A stretch of DNA of 64,000 nt. It comes from Candidatus Poribacteria bacterium (GTDB taxonomy: Bacteria; Poribacteria; WGA-4E; WGA-3G). The translations under genes and the position numbers were made by a program. The DNA lies in contig CAXXLX010000001.1 of NCBI GenBank assembly GCA_963665235.2, positions 2,624,001 to 2,688,000 of the forward strand, given 5' to 3'. Below the pieces are notes generated by a model. That model did no database searches and had not been told where the DNA came from. It saw only the letters and a list, made by a program, of their open reading frames with translations. This document shows, piece by piece, positions 1-9,083 of this stretch. Positions within the stretch are counted from its first letter, which is position 1, and each line of letters starts with the position of its first letter.

Positions 1-270
1 AAGTAGTTCTGGTCCCAGTTGTGCTGGACAGTCTCTATCGCTGTCAAGAATGATAAATATAGCACCTTGCCCGCCAATCTGGTGAGCGGCTAATTCGACC
101 TTTCGCTCAAGTTCATTTGACTCAACAACCTGATTTCTCTTAACACGAATTGGACGCGGCAGGTCAATCACCAATTCTGGATAAAGCTCCGCCGCGATGC
201 GACGAATCAAGATTGGAACAGCTGCCACCTCACCCTGGCCCTCAACAATGCAACCGATTTTAACTAGCAT
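1..270 (-). CDS. DUF4276-family TOPRIM-like protein, copy 3 (partial, runs off window start)
   Basis: Not in ORF track; ATG at 270 overlaps the ATPase 3' end; translates MLVKIGCIVEGQGEVAAVPILIRRIAAELYPE...IFIILDSDRDCPAQLGPELL, paralogous to 1583..2182. Confidence 0.85.
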   Translation of the reverse strand, partial: MLVKIGCIVEGQGEVAAVPILIRRIAAELYPELVIDLPRPIRVKRNQVVESNELERKVELAAHQIGGQGAIFIILDSDRDCPAQLGPELL

Positions 271-1504
271 CTCCGCTTTCCCTTATGCTTTGTTGACTAG
301 AATTTCTTCTCTCAAAATTGAAAAAGCGGAGTTGTTTTGCCTCTTCAGCGGAAACGACAGATGCCGGCTCGGGTTGAAGCTGATCACAGCGTAGGAGTTC
401 GCCTATTGTAAACAGTTTTTTACGGACCACAGACCTGCTTACAGCATCCACAGGAGCAATCACTGTCCCACCATCAAGGACTTCAGCAACAAGAAGTGTT
501 TCTATATCCACCCTCTTTTCATCAAGCAGAGCTGCACTGTGGGTAGGGACAATAACCTGCAAGTTTTGGGAGGCGTGTTGAAGTTCAGGCAACAACGTTC
601 CCACTACCATAGGATGTATCCCGCTTCCTGGTTCCTCAATCCCTACAAGTGACAAGTGCCCTGGGGTCTCGTGATTTGTCTGAAACAGTGCCACCATAAT
701 TCCCAATATACGGAAAGCACTATCAGCCATATTTTTGGCAAAAAATCGCAGAGGGGGTTTGCCCTCTCCTACATCCTGCCTGAACACCAACATCTCCTTG
801 GGCCCAAACTTTTCAACTTCTACGCTACTAACCCCCGGCACAACTATTGTGAGATATTCCTCAATACTCTGCTTCACGATAGGGGGAAGTCTATTGAAGA
901 CACTCGTAAAATTGCTACCATCGCGAGCAAGCACATCGCGCGAATCTGGCGTTTGCAAATCTCGAATTTTATCGGGGTTGAGGTTATAGAATCCCATCCG
1001 AGAAAGGGCATCGTAGACAGGTCTAAATTCAGGTAAACCGGAAGCATTTACCAAGTAAAGCCGCTCGGTTGTAGCCGCTGGGGCAACTTCTACACTACTA
1101 TCGGTCACAGTTCCGTTATCCACACGGAAGTATACCTCACCCTCATTCAGTATTTTACACTCTTCTGTCTGAACCTCATAGCCTCCGGGTGAACGGGTGC
1201 CGATCCGGAAGGCATAATGGCCTGTTGAACCATCGGGCAGAACGAACTCAAGCCGAACACTAAAATGGGTTGGCGGTTCGCAGGAGCGACGGTGGACATC
1301 GTTAATACCGCCTCGGTCACGAATTGCATGCTCCAGCGAGGTATTTAACGCATCCGAAACGAATCGCAGCGCATCCAGAAAATTGCTTTTCCCCGTACCG
1401 TTACGACCGACGATGAACGTCAACGGGCCTAGCTGCACATCACACGCAGCAATGCTTTTATAGTTTTTCAAAATAACTCTTGTAATAAACGTTGAATCTT
1501 TCAT
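260..1504 (-). CDS. ABC/AAA_21-type ATPase, copy 3
   Basis: Walker A GRNGTGKS, Walker B IEEP, H-loop THS; signature degenerate (MADSAFR). Confidence 0.9.
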   Translation of the reverse strand: MKDSTFITRVILKNYKSIAACDVQLGPLTFIVGRNGTGKSNFLDALRFVSDALNTSLEHAIRDRGGINDVHRRSCEPPTHFSVRLEFVLPDGSTGHYAFRIGTRSPGGYEVQTEECKILNEGEVYFRVDNGTVTDSSVEVAPAATTERLYLVNASGLPEFRPVYDALSRMGFYNLNPDKIRDLQTPDSRDVLARDGSNFTSVFNRLPPIVKQSIEEYLTIVVPGVSSVEVEKFGPKEMLVFRQDVGEGKPPLRFFAKNMADSAFRILGIMVALFQTNHETPGHLSLVGIEEPGSGIHPMVVGTLLPELQHASQNLQVIVPTHSAALLDEKRVDIETLLVAEVLDGGTVIAPVDAVSRSVVRKKLFTIGELLRCDQLQPEPASVVSAEEAKQLRFFNFERRNSSQQSIRESGDAS

Positions 1505-1582
1505 GACATCTTTTAAACCTTGTTGCGCTCCGGGAAATCTGTCTCCGATTTCGTTGGTAAGATTGTTTTTCCTTAGAGCGGT

Positions 1583-2182
1583 TCACTCATTTTGCAATTC
1601 TCCGAGGAGACGGACGATATCTCGATAGCACTTGTCAAACGAATCTGCTTGCCGTGCTTGTTCAAGGTCGAAGAGGGCAGTGAAAGCGGGCTGGTCCTCC
1701 TTAGCACTATATTTTTTGCCTTGCACCATGTGCTGACTCAACCACTCCTTTGCCCCACGGATTGCCTCTGGGTCATTCGGCGGATGAATATCGTTTTTTA
1801 ATCCTCTTTGGCCACGGAGCGACTCGGCTGCTGCAAGAAACCATGCTTCGAACTCGTGCTTGGCAAGCACAACGGCAATCGGCAAATTGCCTTGTGCTTG
1901 TGTTGCCCTATGAAGTAGTTCTGGTCCCAGTTGTGCTGGACAGTCTTTATCGCTGTCAAGAATGATAAATATAGCACCTTGTCCGCCAATCTGGTGAGCT
2001 ACGAATTCAACTGCTCTTTCAAGTTCGTTCTCTTTAACAACCTTATTCCGGGGACGGCGAATAGGTGGTGGCACAACAATCGGCAATTCTGGATAAAGAT
2101 TCGCAGCGATTCGGCGAATCAGAAGGGGGACAGTTGCTACCTCGCTTTCCCCTTCGACAATGCAACCGATTTTGACTGTCAT
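1583..2182 (-). CDS. DUF4276-family TOPRIM-like protein, copy 2
   Basis: VEGxSE and LDSD acidic motifs, EFEAWFLA; ATGA overlap with upstream ATPase. Confidence 0.85.
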   Translation of the reverse strand: MTVKIGCIVEGESEVATVPLLIRRIAANLYPELPIVVPPPIRRPRNKVVKENELERAVEFVAHQIGGQGAIFIILDSDKDCPAQLGPELLHRATQAQGNLPIAVVLAKHEFEAWFLAAAESLRGQRGLKNDIHPPNDPEAIRGAKEWLSQHMVQGKKYSAKEDQPAFTALFDLEQARQADSFDKCYRDIVRLLGELQNE

Positions 2183-3414
2183 TCGTGCTTTCCTTTACTC
2201 CTTGCTTTGGCAGACTTTGACTTATCAAAGATAGGCAGAAGCAGTTGTTTCTCCTTTGCCGCAGGAAGAGCTGCCGGATCTGGTTGCAATTGATTACTCC
2301 GTAAAAGTTCTCCGGCCGTAAACAACCGATCTTGTACCGCAGCTCTGCTTACAGCATCCACAGGAGCGATCACTGTCCCACCATCATCCGCTTTAACTGC
2401 AAGGATTGACTCCACGTCCACCCTCTTTTCATCAAGCAGAGCTGCACTGTGGGTAGGGACAATAACCTGCAAGTTTTGGGAGGCGTGTTGAAGTTCAGGC
2501 AACAACGTTCCCACTACCATAGGATGTATCCCGCTTCCTGGTTCCTCAATCCCTACAAGTGACAAGTGCCCTGGGGTCTCGTGATTTGTCTGAAACAGTG
2601 CCACCATAATTCCCAATATACGGAAAGCACTATCAGCCATATTTTTGGCAAAAAATCGCAGAGGGGGTTTGCCCTCTCCTGCATCCTGCCTGAACACCAA
2701 CATCTCCTTGGGACCAAACTTTTCAACTTCTACACTACTAACCCCCGGCACAACTATTGTGAGATATTCCTCAATACTCTGCTTCACGATAGGGGGAAGT
2801 CTATTGAAGACACTCGTAAAATTGCTACCATCGCGAGCAAGCACATCGCGCGAATCTGGCGTTTGCAAATCTCGAATTTTATCGGGGTTGAGGTTATAGA
2901 ATCCCATCCGAGAAAGGGCATCGTAGACAGGTCTAAATTCAGGTAAACCGGAAGCATTTACCAAGTAAAGCCGCTCGGTTGTAGCCGCTGGGGCAACTTC
3001 TACACTACTATCTGTCACAGTTCCATTGTCCACACGGAAGTATACCTCACTCTCATTCAGTATTTTACACTCTTCTGTCTGAACCTCATAGCCTCCGGGT
3101 GAACGGGTGTCGATCCGGAAGGCATAATGGCCTGTTGAACCATCGGGTAGAATGAACTCAAGCCGAACACTGAAGTGGGTTGGAGGTTCGCAGGAGCGAC
3201 GACAGACATCGTTAATACCCCCTCGGTCACGAATCGCATGGTCCAACGAGGTATTTAACGCATCCGAGACGAATCGCAGCGCATCCAGAAAATTGCTTTT
3301 CCCCGTACCGTTGCGACCAACGATGAACGTCAACGGGCCTAGCCGCACATCACAAGCAGCAATGCTCTTATAGTTTTTCAGAATAACTCTTGTAATAAAC
3401 GTTGAATCTTTCAT
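2179..3414 (-). CDS. ABC/AAA_21-type ATPase, copy 2
   Basis: Near-identical to 260..1504 except the C-terminal ~75 aa. Confidence 0.9.
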   Translation of the reverse strand: MKDSTFITRVILKNYKSIAACDVRLGPLTFIVGRNGTGKSNFLDALRFVSDALNTSLDHAIRDRGGINDVCRRSCEPPTHFSVRLEFILPDGSTGHYAFRIDTRSPGGYEVQTEECKILNESEVYFRVDNGTVTDSSVEVAPAATTERLYLVNASGLPEFRPVYDALSRMGFYNLNPDKIRDLQTPDSRDVLARDGSNFTSVFNRLPPIVKQSIEEYLTIVVPGVSSVEVEKFGPKEMLVFRQDAGEGKPPLRFFAKNMADSAFRILGIMVALFQTNHETPGHLSLVGIEEPGSGIHPMVVGTLLPELQHASQNLQVIVPTHSAALLDEKRVDVESILAVKADDGGTVIAPVDAVSRAAVQDRLFTAGELLRSNQLQPDPAALPAAKEKQLLLPIFDKSKSAKARSKGKHE

Positions 3415-3492
3415 GACATCTTTTAAACCTTGTTGCGCTCCGGGAAATCTGTCTCCGATTTCGTTGGTAAGATTGTTTTTCCTTAGAGCGGT

Positions 3493-4092
3493 TCACTCAT
3501 TTTGCAATTCTCCGAGGAGACGGACGATATCTCGATAGCACTTGTCAAACGAATCTGCTTGACGTGCTTGTTCTATATCAAAAAGTGCTGCAAGTGCAGG
3601 TTGGTCTTGTGTTTCAGTATACGTTCTACTGCTCTCCATTTGATGCCTCAACCATTCCTTTGCCCCACGAATCCCCTCTGGATTATCTGGTGGATTAAGA
3701 TCATTTCTTAATCCTCTTCGACCGCGAAGTGACTCGGCTGCTGCGAGAAACCATGCCTCAAACTCATGCTTGGCAAGCACAACGGCAATGGGCACATTCC
3801 TAAAAACTTGTGAAACCCGATGAAGTAGTGCCGGTCCTACTTCTGCCGGACAATCATCATCACTGTCAAGGATAATGAATATAGCACCTTGCTTCCCAAT
3901 ATTCTGATATGCCAAACCGACTGCTCGTTCAAGTTCACCTATCTTAAAAACCTTATTCCTGGGAATGCGGATAGGGACTGGAATAACAGGTTCCAATTCA
4001 GGATGATGGATGGCTGCTACGCGTCGAATCAAAATTGGCACCGATGCTACCTCGCTTTTTCCCTCAACAACACATCCAATTTTGACTGTCAT
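3493..4092 (-). CDS. DUF4276-family TOPRIM-like protein, copy 1
   Basis: VEGKSE, LDSDDD, EFEAWFLA; ATGA overlap with ATPase. Confidence 0.85.
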   Translation of the reverse strand: MTVKIGCVVEGKSEVASVPILIRRVAAIHHPELEPVIPVPIRIPRNKVFKIGELERAVGLAYQNIGKQGAIFIILDSDDDCPAEVGPALLHRVSQVFRNVPIAVVLAKHEFEAWFLAAAESLRGRRGLRNDLNPPDNPEGIRGAKEWLRHQMESSRTYTETQDQPALAALFDIEQARQADSFDKCYRDIVRLLGELQNE

Positions 4093-5339
4093 TCATACAT
4101 CCCTTTATTCTTGGTTCCAGCAGAGCTTATCTTGTTGAAATCAAACAAGTTAGGTTGTGTTACCTTTTTAGCATGATCCACGGATGCCTGATTTGGATCA
4201 GGTTGCAATTGATCACAGCGTAAGAGTTCGCCTATTGTAAACATTTTGTCATGTACCACAGATCTGCTTACAGCATCAACAGGAGCAATCACCGTATTCC
4301 CTTTATTTGCTTCAACTGCAAGAATCGAGTCCACATCCAGATGCTTGTCCTCAAGCAGCTCTGGGCTGTGAGTAGTGACGATAACCTGCGTTCTGTGGGC
4401 AGCAGCTTGAAGTCCATCAAGCAACACGCCCGCTGCTGCAGGATGAAGTGCTATCTCTGGTTCCTCAATTCCCACAAGTGGTACGCGTTTTTGTTCACCC
4501 TGAGTTCCTTGAAACAGTGCGACAAGAATTGCCAACGCGCGGAGGGTACCATCGGACATATTGTTTGCCAAAAATCGCCAATAGTGCTTATCTCCTGCGA
4601 CATCCTGCCTGAATTCTAATGTCTCTTTGGGACCTAGATTTTTGACTTCTACTTTGTGCACCCCAGGTACAACCACAGCTAGAAACTCTTGAACGCGTTC
4701 CTTCATAGCAGTAGAAAATTGACCAAAAACACTCGTAAGATTACTACCGTCACGAGCAAGCACATCACGCGGATCCGGTGCTTGCAAATCTCGAATCTGA
4801 TCGGGATTTAGATTGTAAAATCCCATCCGGGAAAATGCATCGTAAACAGGACGAAATTCAGGTAAACCGGAAGTATTTACCAAGTAAAGTCGATCGGTTG
4901 CAGCCGCTGGAGCGACTTTTACACTACTAGTCACAGTCCCGTTATCCACACGGAAGTATACCTCAGGTGCGAGAATCTCATTCAGTATTTTACACTCTTC
5001 TGTCTGAACCTCATAGCCTCCGGGTGAACGGGTGCCGATCCGGAAGGCATAATGGCCTGTTGAACCATCGGGTAGAATGAACTCGAGTCGAACACTGAAG
5101 TGGTTCGGGTGCCCGCGGGAGCGACGGCGGACATCGTTAATACCGCCTCGGTCACGTATTGCATGGTCCAGCGAGGTATTTAACGCATCCGCAACAAATC
5201 GCAGCGCATCCAGAAAATTGCTTTTGCCTGACCCATTGCGCCCTACGATGAACGTCAACGGGCCTAGCCGCACATCACAAGCAGCAATGCTCTTATAGTT
5301 TTTCAGAATAACTCTTGTAATAAACGTTGAATCTTTCAT
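4089..5339 (-). CDS. ABC/AAA_21-type ATPase, copy 1 (canonical motifs)
   Basis: GRNGSGKS, MSDGTLR signature, IEEPE, TTHS. Confidence 0.9.
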   Translation of the reverse strand: MKDSTFITRVILKNYKSIAACDVRLGPLTFIVGRNGSGKSNFLDALRFVADALNTSLDHAIRDRGGINDVRRRSRGHPNHFSVRLEFILPDGSTGHYAFRIGTRSPGGYEVQTEECKILNEILAPEVYFRVDNGTVTSSVKVAPAAATDRLYLVNTSGLPEFRPVYDAFSRMGFYNLNPDQIRDLQAPDPRDVLARDGSNLTSVFGQFSTAMKERVQEFLAVVVPGVHKVEVKNLGPKETLEFRQDVAGDKHYWRFLANNMSDGTLRALAILVALFQGTQGEQKRVPLVGIEEPEIALHPAAAGVLLDGLQAAAHRTQVIVTTHSPELLEDKHLDVDSILAVEANKGNTVIAPVDAVSRSVVHDKMFTIGELLRCDQLQPDPNQASVDHAKKVTQPNLFDFNKISSAGTKNKGMYE

Positions 5340-5357
5340 GACATCTTTTAAACCTTG

Positions 5358-6209
5358 TTACGCTACGGGAAATCCGTCTCCGACAAGCGGCTCACCATCG
5401 GCAACCTCAATCGTGGGAACGAGTATGTGCCCAGGGGATTGCGCGTTGTTATAGCAGACATCCTGCGCCATAAAAATCATCACGAAGGCACGACGCTGCT
5501 GCTCTGTAACGTTTGGGGGTGTGCCGTGCCAGTTCAGGCAGTGATGGAACATACACTCACCCGCTTTCAATTCCACCGGAATGCCGTGGCTGATGTCTAG
5601 ACCTCGTCTTTCTGCCCAGGGGTTCGGCGGGGGTTCGCGACCCTCTTCGCGCGCTTTGGCGGTTTCTGCGTCAAATGCCGCTTTCGCTGCGACAGAAAAA
5701 CGTTCATCTTTGTGGCTCTTCGGCATAACGTGCATGCAACCGCTATCCACCGTGGCATCATCCAGCGCAAGCCAGCAACTGACAATGTTCGGCGGGCTGA
5801 GGGGCCAGAAGAAAAAGTCGTGGTGAAACCCAAAATGACCGTTATCGTGTGGCGGTTTGGAAATAATCTGATCGTGCCAGAGGCGCACTTCAGGCGTATC
5901 CAGTAAAGCGCGGACTGTCCCCGCAATCAGCGGGTGATGGATAGCCGCCTCATAGTGCAGCTCGCGTTTCCACATATTGACGTATTGATGAATTGCACGA
6001 GGATGTCCGCTACCCCGCTTGAGACGGTCTTCCTTCCGATCATGTCCGTATTTGAATTCTGGTGATGAATCATCGCCTTCGTTGAGTTCCACTTCGATGA
6101 TAGTGTCTAACCCGGCGCGCATGGCTTCAACGCCGTCGCTATCTAAAACTCGCCCGAATTTGAGGTATCCGTTCTCCTGAAAAAAATCGATCTGCTCCTG
6201 TGTTACCAT
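5358..6209 (-). CDS. Phytanoyl-CoA dioxygenase (PhyH) family 2OG-Fe(II) oxygenase
   Basis: QIDFFQENGYL start, HHD iron motif, WLALDDAT, GCMHVMPKSH, distal His (WHG). Confidence 0.9.
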   Translation of the reverse strand: MVTQEQIDFFQENGYLKFGRVLDSDGVEAMRAGLDTIIEVELNEGDDSSPEFKYGHDRKEDRLKRGSGHPRAIHQYVNMWKRELHYEAAIHHPLIAGTVRALLDTPEVRLWHDQIISKPPHDNGHFGFHHDFFFWPLSPPNIVSCWLALDDATVDSGCMHVMPKSHKDERFSVAAKAAFDAETAKAREEGREPPPNPWAERRGLDISHGIPVELKAGECMFHHCLNWHGTPPNVTEQQRRAFVMIFMAQDVCYNNAQSPGHILVPTIEVADGEPLVGDGFPVA

Positions 6210-6254
6210 TCTGTTTCTCCTTCGAAATTTGATAAAATTTCTGCTGTTGCTTTT

Positions 6255-7031
6255 TTAAATCGGAAACTGATGATTTCCCGCAGTTAACCCACCATCAATC
6301 ACAAAAACCGCACCTGTTGCAAAACTCGCCTCATCCGAAGCGAGGAAAAGCGCAGCATTCGCTATGTCCACCGGCTTACCGATACGACCAAGCGGATACC
6401 ACGGCGTAATCTCGTCCAAGATATGTGGGTTGCGTGCAAGCATCGGCTCCCAAACCTCCGTTTGCACAGTGCCGGGACAGATACAATTGATACGGATATT
6501 GTCTTTGCCGTGCGAAACTGCCATTGAACGGGTTAGCGCAATAACGCCACCTTTCGCTGCTGAATAGGCGTGAATACCCTGCAACCCGATAAGCGCATTG
6601 ACAGACGCAATATTGACAATGCTGCCGCCCCCGGCCTGCTGCATCACCGGGACCACCGCTTCGGCGCACTGACTCGTGCCGCGAAGAGCTACCGCCAAGT
6701 TTGCCTCCCAGTTATTGTTCAGCACATCCGCTGTAGAACAGATAGCATTGTTCACAAGAATGTCAACTGTGCTGTAGGTATCAACCGTTTCAGCGATAAG
6801 CCTTTCCGCATCAGTAGCATCGGAAACATCCGCGTTGACGAACAGTGCTTCTCCGCCTGCATCCGTAATGACAGAAACGGTATCCCCTCCGAGGGCATCG
6901 TTCACGTCATCAACGACGACCTTTGCCCCCTCTTCGGCGAACCGAATCGCAATTGCTCTTCCGATACCGCGTCCGGCCCCAGTGACAATGGCAATTTTGT
7001 TATTTAACCGCACTTTATTTCTCCACTGCAT
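6255..7031 (-). CDS. Short-chain dehydrogenase/reductase (SDR)
   Basis: TGAGRGIG, NNA, YSAAK, ICPG motifs. Confidence 0.95.
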   Translation of the reverse strand: MQWRNKVRLNNKIAIVTGAGRGIGRAIAIRFAEEGAKVVVDDVNDALGGDTVSVITDAGGEALFVNADVSDATDAERLIAETVDTYSTVDILVNNAICSTADVLNNNWEANLAVALRGTSQCAEAVVPVMQQAGGGSIVNIASVNALIGLQGIHAYSAAKGGVIALTRSMAVSHGKDNIRINCICPGTVQTEVWEPMLARNPHILDEITPWYPLGRIGKPVDIANAALFLASDEASFATGAVFVIDGGLTAGNHQFPI

Positions 7032-7078
7032 TTATTCTTTACTAAACTTTGGACGATTTCTTGTAGCAATCACCATCA

Positions 7079-7654
7079 TTAATCAGGAAATGCGACGCGT
7101 GCGTAAATATCCTCTAAAGACAACTTGCATTCAATTGAATTGAGCAACAGAACATCTTCGGACGCGTGAAACGTTTTCCCGACCCACTGTGGCTCAATAA
7201 TCCGATAATGATCGACCTGAACCCTATCCTGTGAAACAAGGATATATTCTCACAAGGAGGCAAGCTCTTGATAGTGTGCAAATTTCTCACCCCTGTCGGA
7301 CACTTCGGTTGATAGGGAAAACACCTCTACGATAAGGGTGGGGTTGAGAAGCGTATCAAAAACGTTATCCTCAAAACGGGGTTTCTCACAAACAACAACG
7401 ACATCCGGGTAGAAGTAGGAGCCTGTTGGGCTAGTACGAACGCGCATATCGCCGCTGTAGATTTCACAACCGTGTCTGCGCAATTGGATATTCAGTTCAG
7501 TAGTTATATCCACCGTGATTATGTTATGTGCGCGACTTGCCCCGGACATCGCGAGGATTTCTCCGTGGATGTATTCGCTTTTGTATTTTGCCCGGCGTTC
7601 CGAAGCGAGATATGCCTCAGGGGTGATGTACGCCTCCGCTGCAGCTGATGACAT
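7079..7654 (-). pseudogene. Uma2-family PD-(D/E)xK endonuclease with in-frame premature stop
   Basis: YPDVVV and LIVEV motifs; TGA at 7250-7252 followed in frame by EYILVSQDRVQVDHY...LEDIYARVAFPD and TAA at 7079. Confidence 0.85.
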
Positions 7655-7685
7655 GTTTTCGCCTCTCCTGAATGGGATTTATCAA

Positions 7686-7714
7686 ATTATAGCACCTTAC
7701 AAGCAAAATTGCAA
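7686..7714 (-). promoter_or_regulatory. sigma70-type promoter for the Uma2 gene
   Basis: TTGCAA-17-TATAAT on minus strand. Confidence 0.6.
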
Positions 7715-7764
7715 CGAGCGAGCGCGTAATAGGTGTGTAAAGTTTTTGTACAAACAGTCCGATG

Positions 7765-7993
7765 TCTTCTGTAGAAGCCTGCTTCGCACGCGACCTAAAA
7801 AACGCGTACGCATATTATGATAAAGCGATGTCTTCTGTAGGAGCGTGCTTCGTACGCGACACAGTAGTGTTGTGGAAGCATGCTGCTCTTGGAAGATCTT
7901 CTGTAGGAGCGTGCTTCGCACGCGACGTGTACTGTAACGGTTGCTCGTCAACCTCTTGCACGCTCTTCTGTAGGAGCGTGCTTCGCACGCGAC
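7765..7993. repeat. Four 30-bp GTAG-type REP direct repeats with unique 36/36/37-bp spacers (CRISPR-like spacing)
   Basis: TCTTCTGTAGGAGCGTGCTTCGCACGCGAC at 7765, 7831, 7897, 7964. Confidence 0.85.
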
Positions 7994-8011
7994 CCCCCTA
8001 ACACAACTTGA

Positions 8012-8338
8012 GGGCAACAGTCCGCGTACGTCTCGTTTGCACCCGGCGAACATGCGACAGGCATCGAATTGACTTCCCACATTTTGCTGCGTCTCAATAA
8101 ACAGGAGCGTAGAGCTGTTGGTTTGACTTTTTTAGAGTACTCTTTGCTTTCCCAGAAGACCGACATGGGGCCCCGAAGTTTTCCCCTCACCCGCTTAGCC
8201 GAATTATCTGCGGACCTCCGGACCCTTGTCTTGGATATTCTTCAACGTCCACCGGTCAGTGATGTGCTTTTGCTTTCATCGTATACACCCTCAATTTCCG
8301 AGACGATTCCGATTACACTCCTACAGACGGTTCGCTAA
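8012..8338 (+). pseudogene. 5'-truncated DUF2283-like protein
   Basis: Frame reads YVSFAPGEHATGIELTSHILLRLNKQERRAVGLTFLEYS; N-terminus lost at the repeat array. Confidence 0.5.
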
Positions 8339-8428
8339 GCAAACCTGCTTGCAGATTTTACGCTATCCTTTGCAGGCGTACTGACAAAGCACGCCTACAA
8401 AGGTTACAGAAAACCTGCTTGGTTGCTA

Positions 8429-9037
8429 CTACAGCGATTTGATTTTGATGTTTCGGCACCAGATTTTTCCACCATGGTCCTGGATACCGATATGTCCGTT
8501 ACGTGGAAAATCTTTGAGGGCAACACCGAATTTGTTCCGGCTCCCATCAGGATTCTGGTGGGGTGTATCCCACAAATCCAAATCGGCGCGAACAATTTCC
8601 TCACCGTTCATCTCCACGATAACAAGACTTTCGTCACACGTGATACGCATTTCGTTCCACTCGCCTGCGGGTTTAGAAACGTTGCGTGTCGGTTCAAGTG
8701 CATCGTAAAGCGCGCCGCAGTCATGTTTCGTAGCAGGCTCCTTACCGTGCGTATCCAATATCTGGATTTCCAGCCCGGTTTGCACCGGACGATTTAGGTC
8801 TGCCCACCGGATGAAAATTCCGCTGTTGACGTTGGGTTCGGTTTTGAAATCTAGTGCCAACGTGAAGTTATCAAATTGCTCTTCAGTGTAGAGATATTGT
8901 CCCCCCTGTACGGTGCAGAGAATACTGCCATCATCTACAACCCATCCTTCGTCATTTCCGGTGGCACCCCATCCGGTTAACGTTTCGCCATCAAAAAGAG
9001 AAATCCAACCATCAGCCTGTTCTTTTGCTGTTAACAT
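8429..9037 (-). CDS. DUF1080 (3-keto-disaccharide hydrolase-like) protein
   Basis: GWISLFDGETLTGW, NSGIFIR, EIQILD, GHIGIQDHG, RNIKIK; start chosen at ATG behind RBS. Confidence 0.9.
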   Translation of the reverse strand: MLTAKEQADGWISLFDGETLTGWGATGNDEGWVVDDGSILCTVQGGQYLYTEEQFDNFTLALDFKTEPNVNSGIFIRWADLNRPVQTGLEIQILDTHGKEPATKHDCGALYDALEPTRNVSKPAGEWNEMRITCDESLVIVEMNGEEIVRADLDLWDTPHQNPDGSRNKFGVALKDFPRNGHIGIQDHGGKIWCRNIKIKSL

Positions 9038-9083
9038 TATATTTTCCTTTCGCGTGGGCAACTTAGGAATCAGTGCCCGTGTG

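Larger units (their letters stand above)
1..5383. repeat. Tandem triplication of a ~1.91-1.93 kb ATPase-DUF4276 unit
   Basis: ATPase starts at 1504, 3414 and 5339; spacers 1505-1582 and 3415-3492 are identical. Confidence 0.95.

Noticed and set aside
1-5339. Diversity-generating retroelement or shufflon as the cause of variation
   Set aside because: No reverse transcriptase or recombinase in the window; differences do not look adenine-specific; copies are direct, not inverted
7250-7252. Selenocysteine or alternative-code readthrough of TGA
   Set aside because: Position is not a Cys site in this family, and TGA is used as a normal stop elsewhere in the window
7765-7993. Bona fide CRISPR array
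   Set aside because: Repeat is a dispersed GTAG REP, there is no AT-rich leader (flank is a DUF2283 remnant) and no cas in the window; kept only as a finding
8000-8090. tmRNA-like tag (minus strand GCAAACGAG..., ANETYA)
   Set aside because: No tRNA-like ends and no ALAA-stop; the plus strand explains the region as a pseudogene
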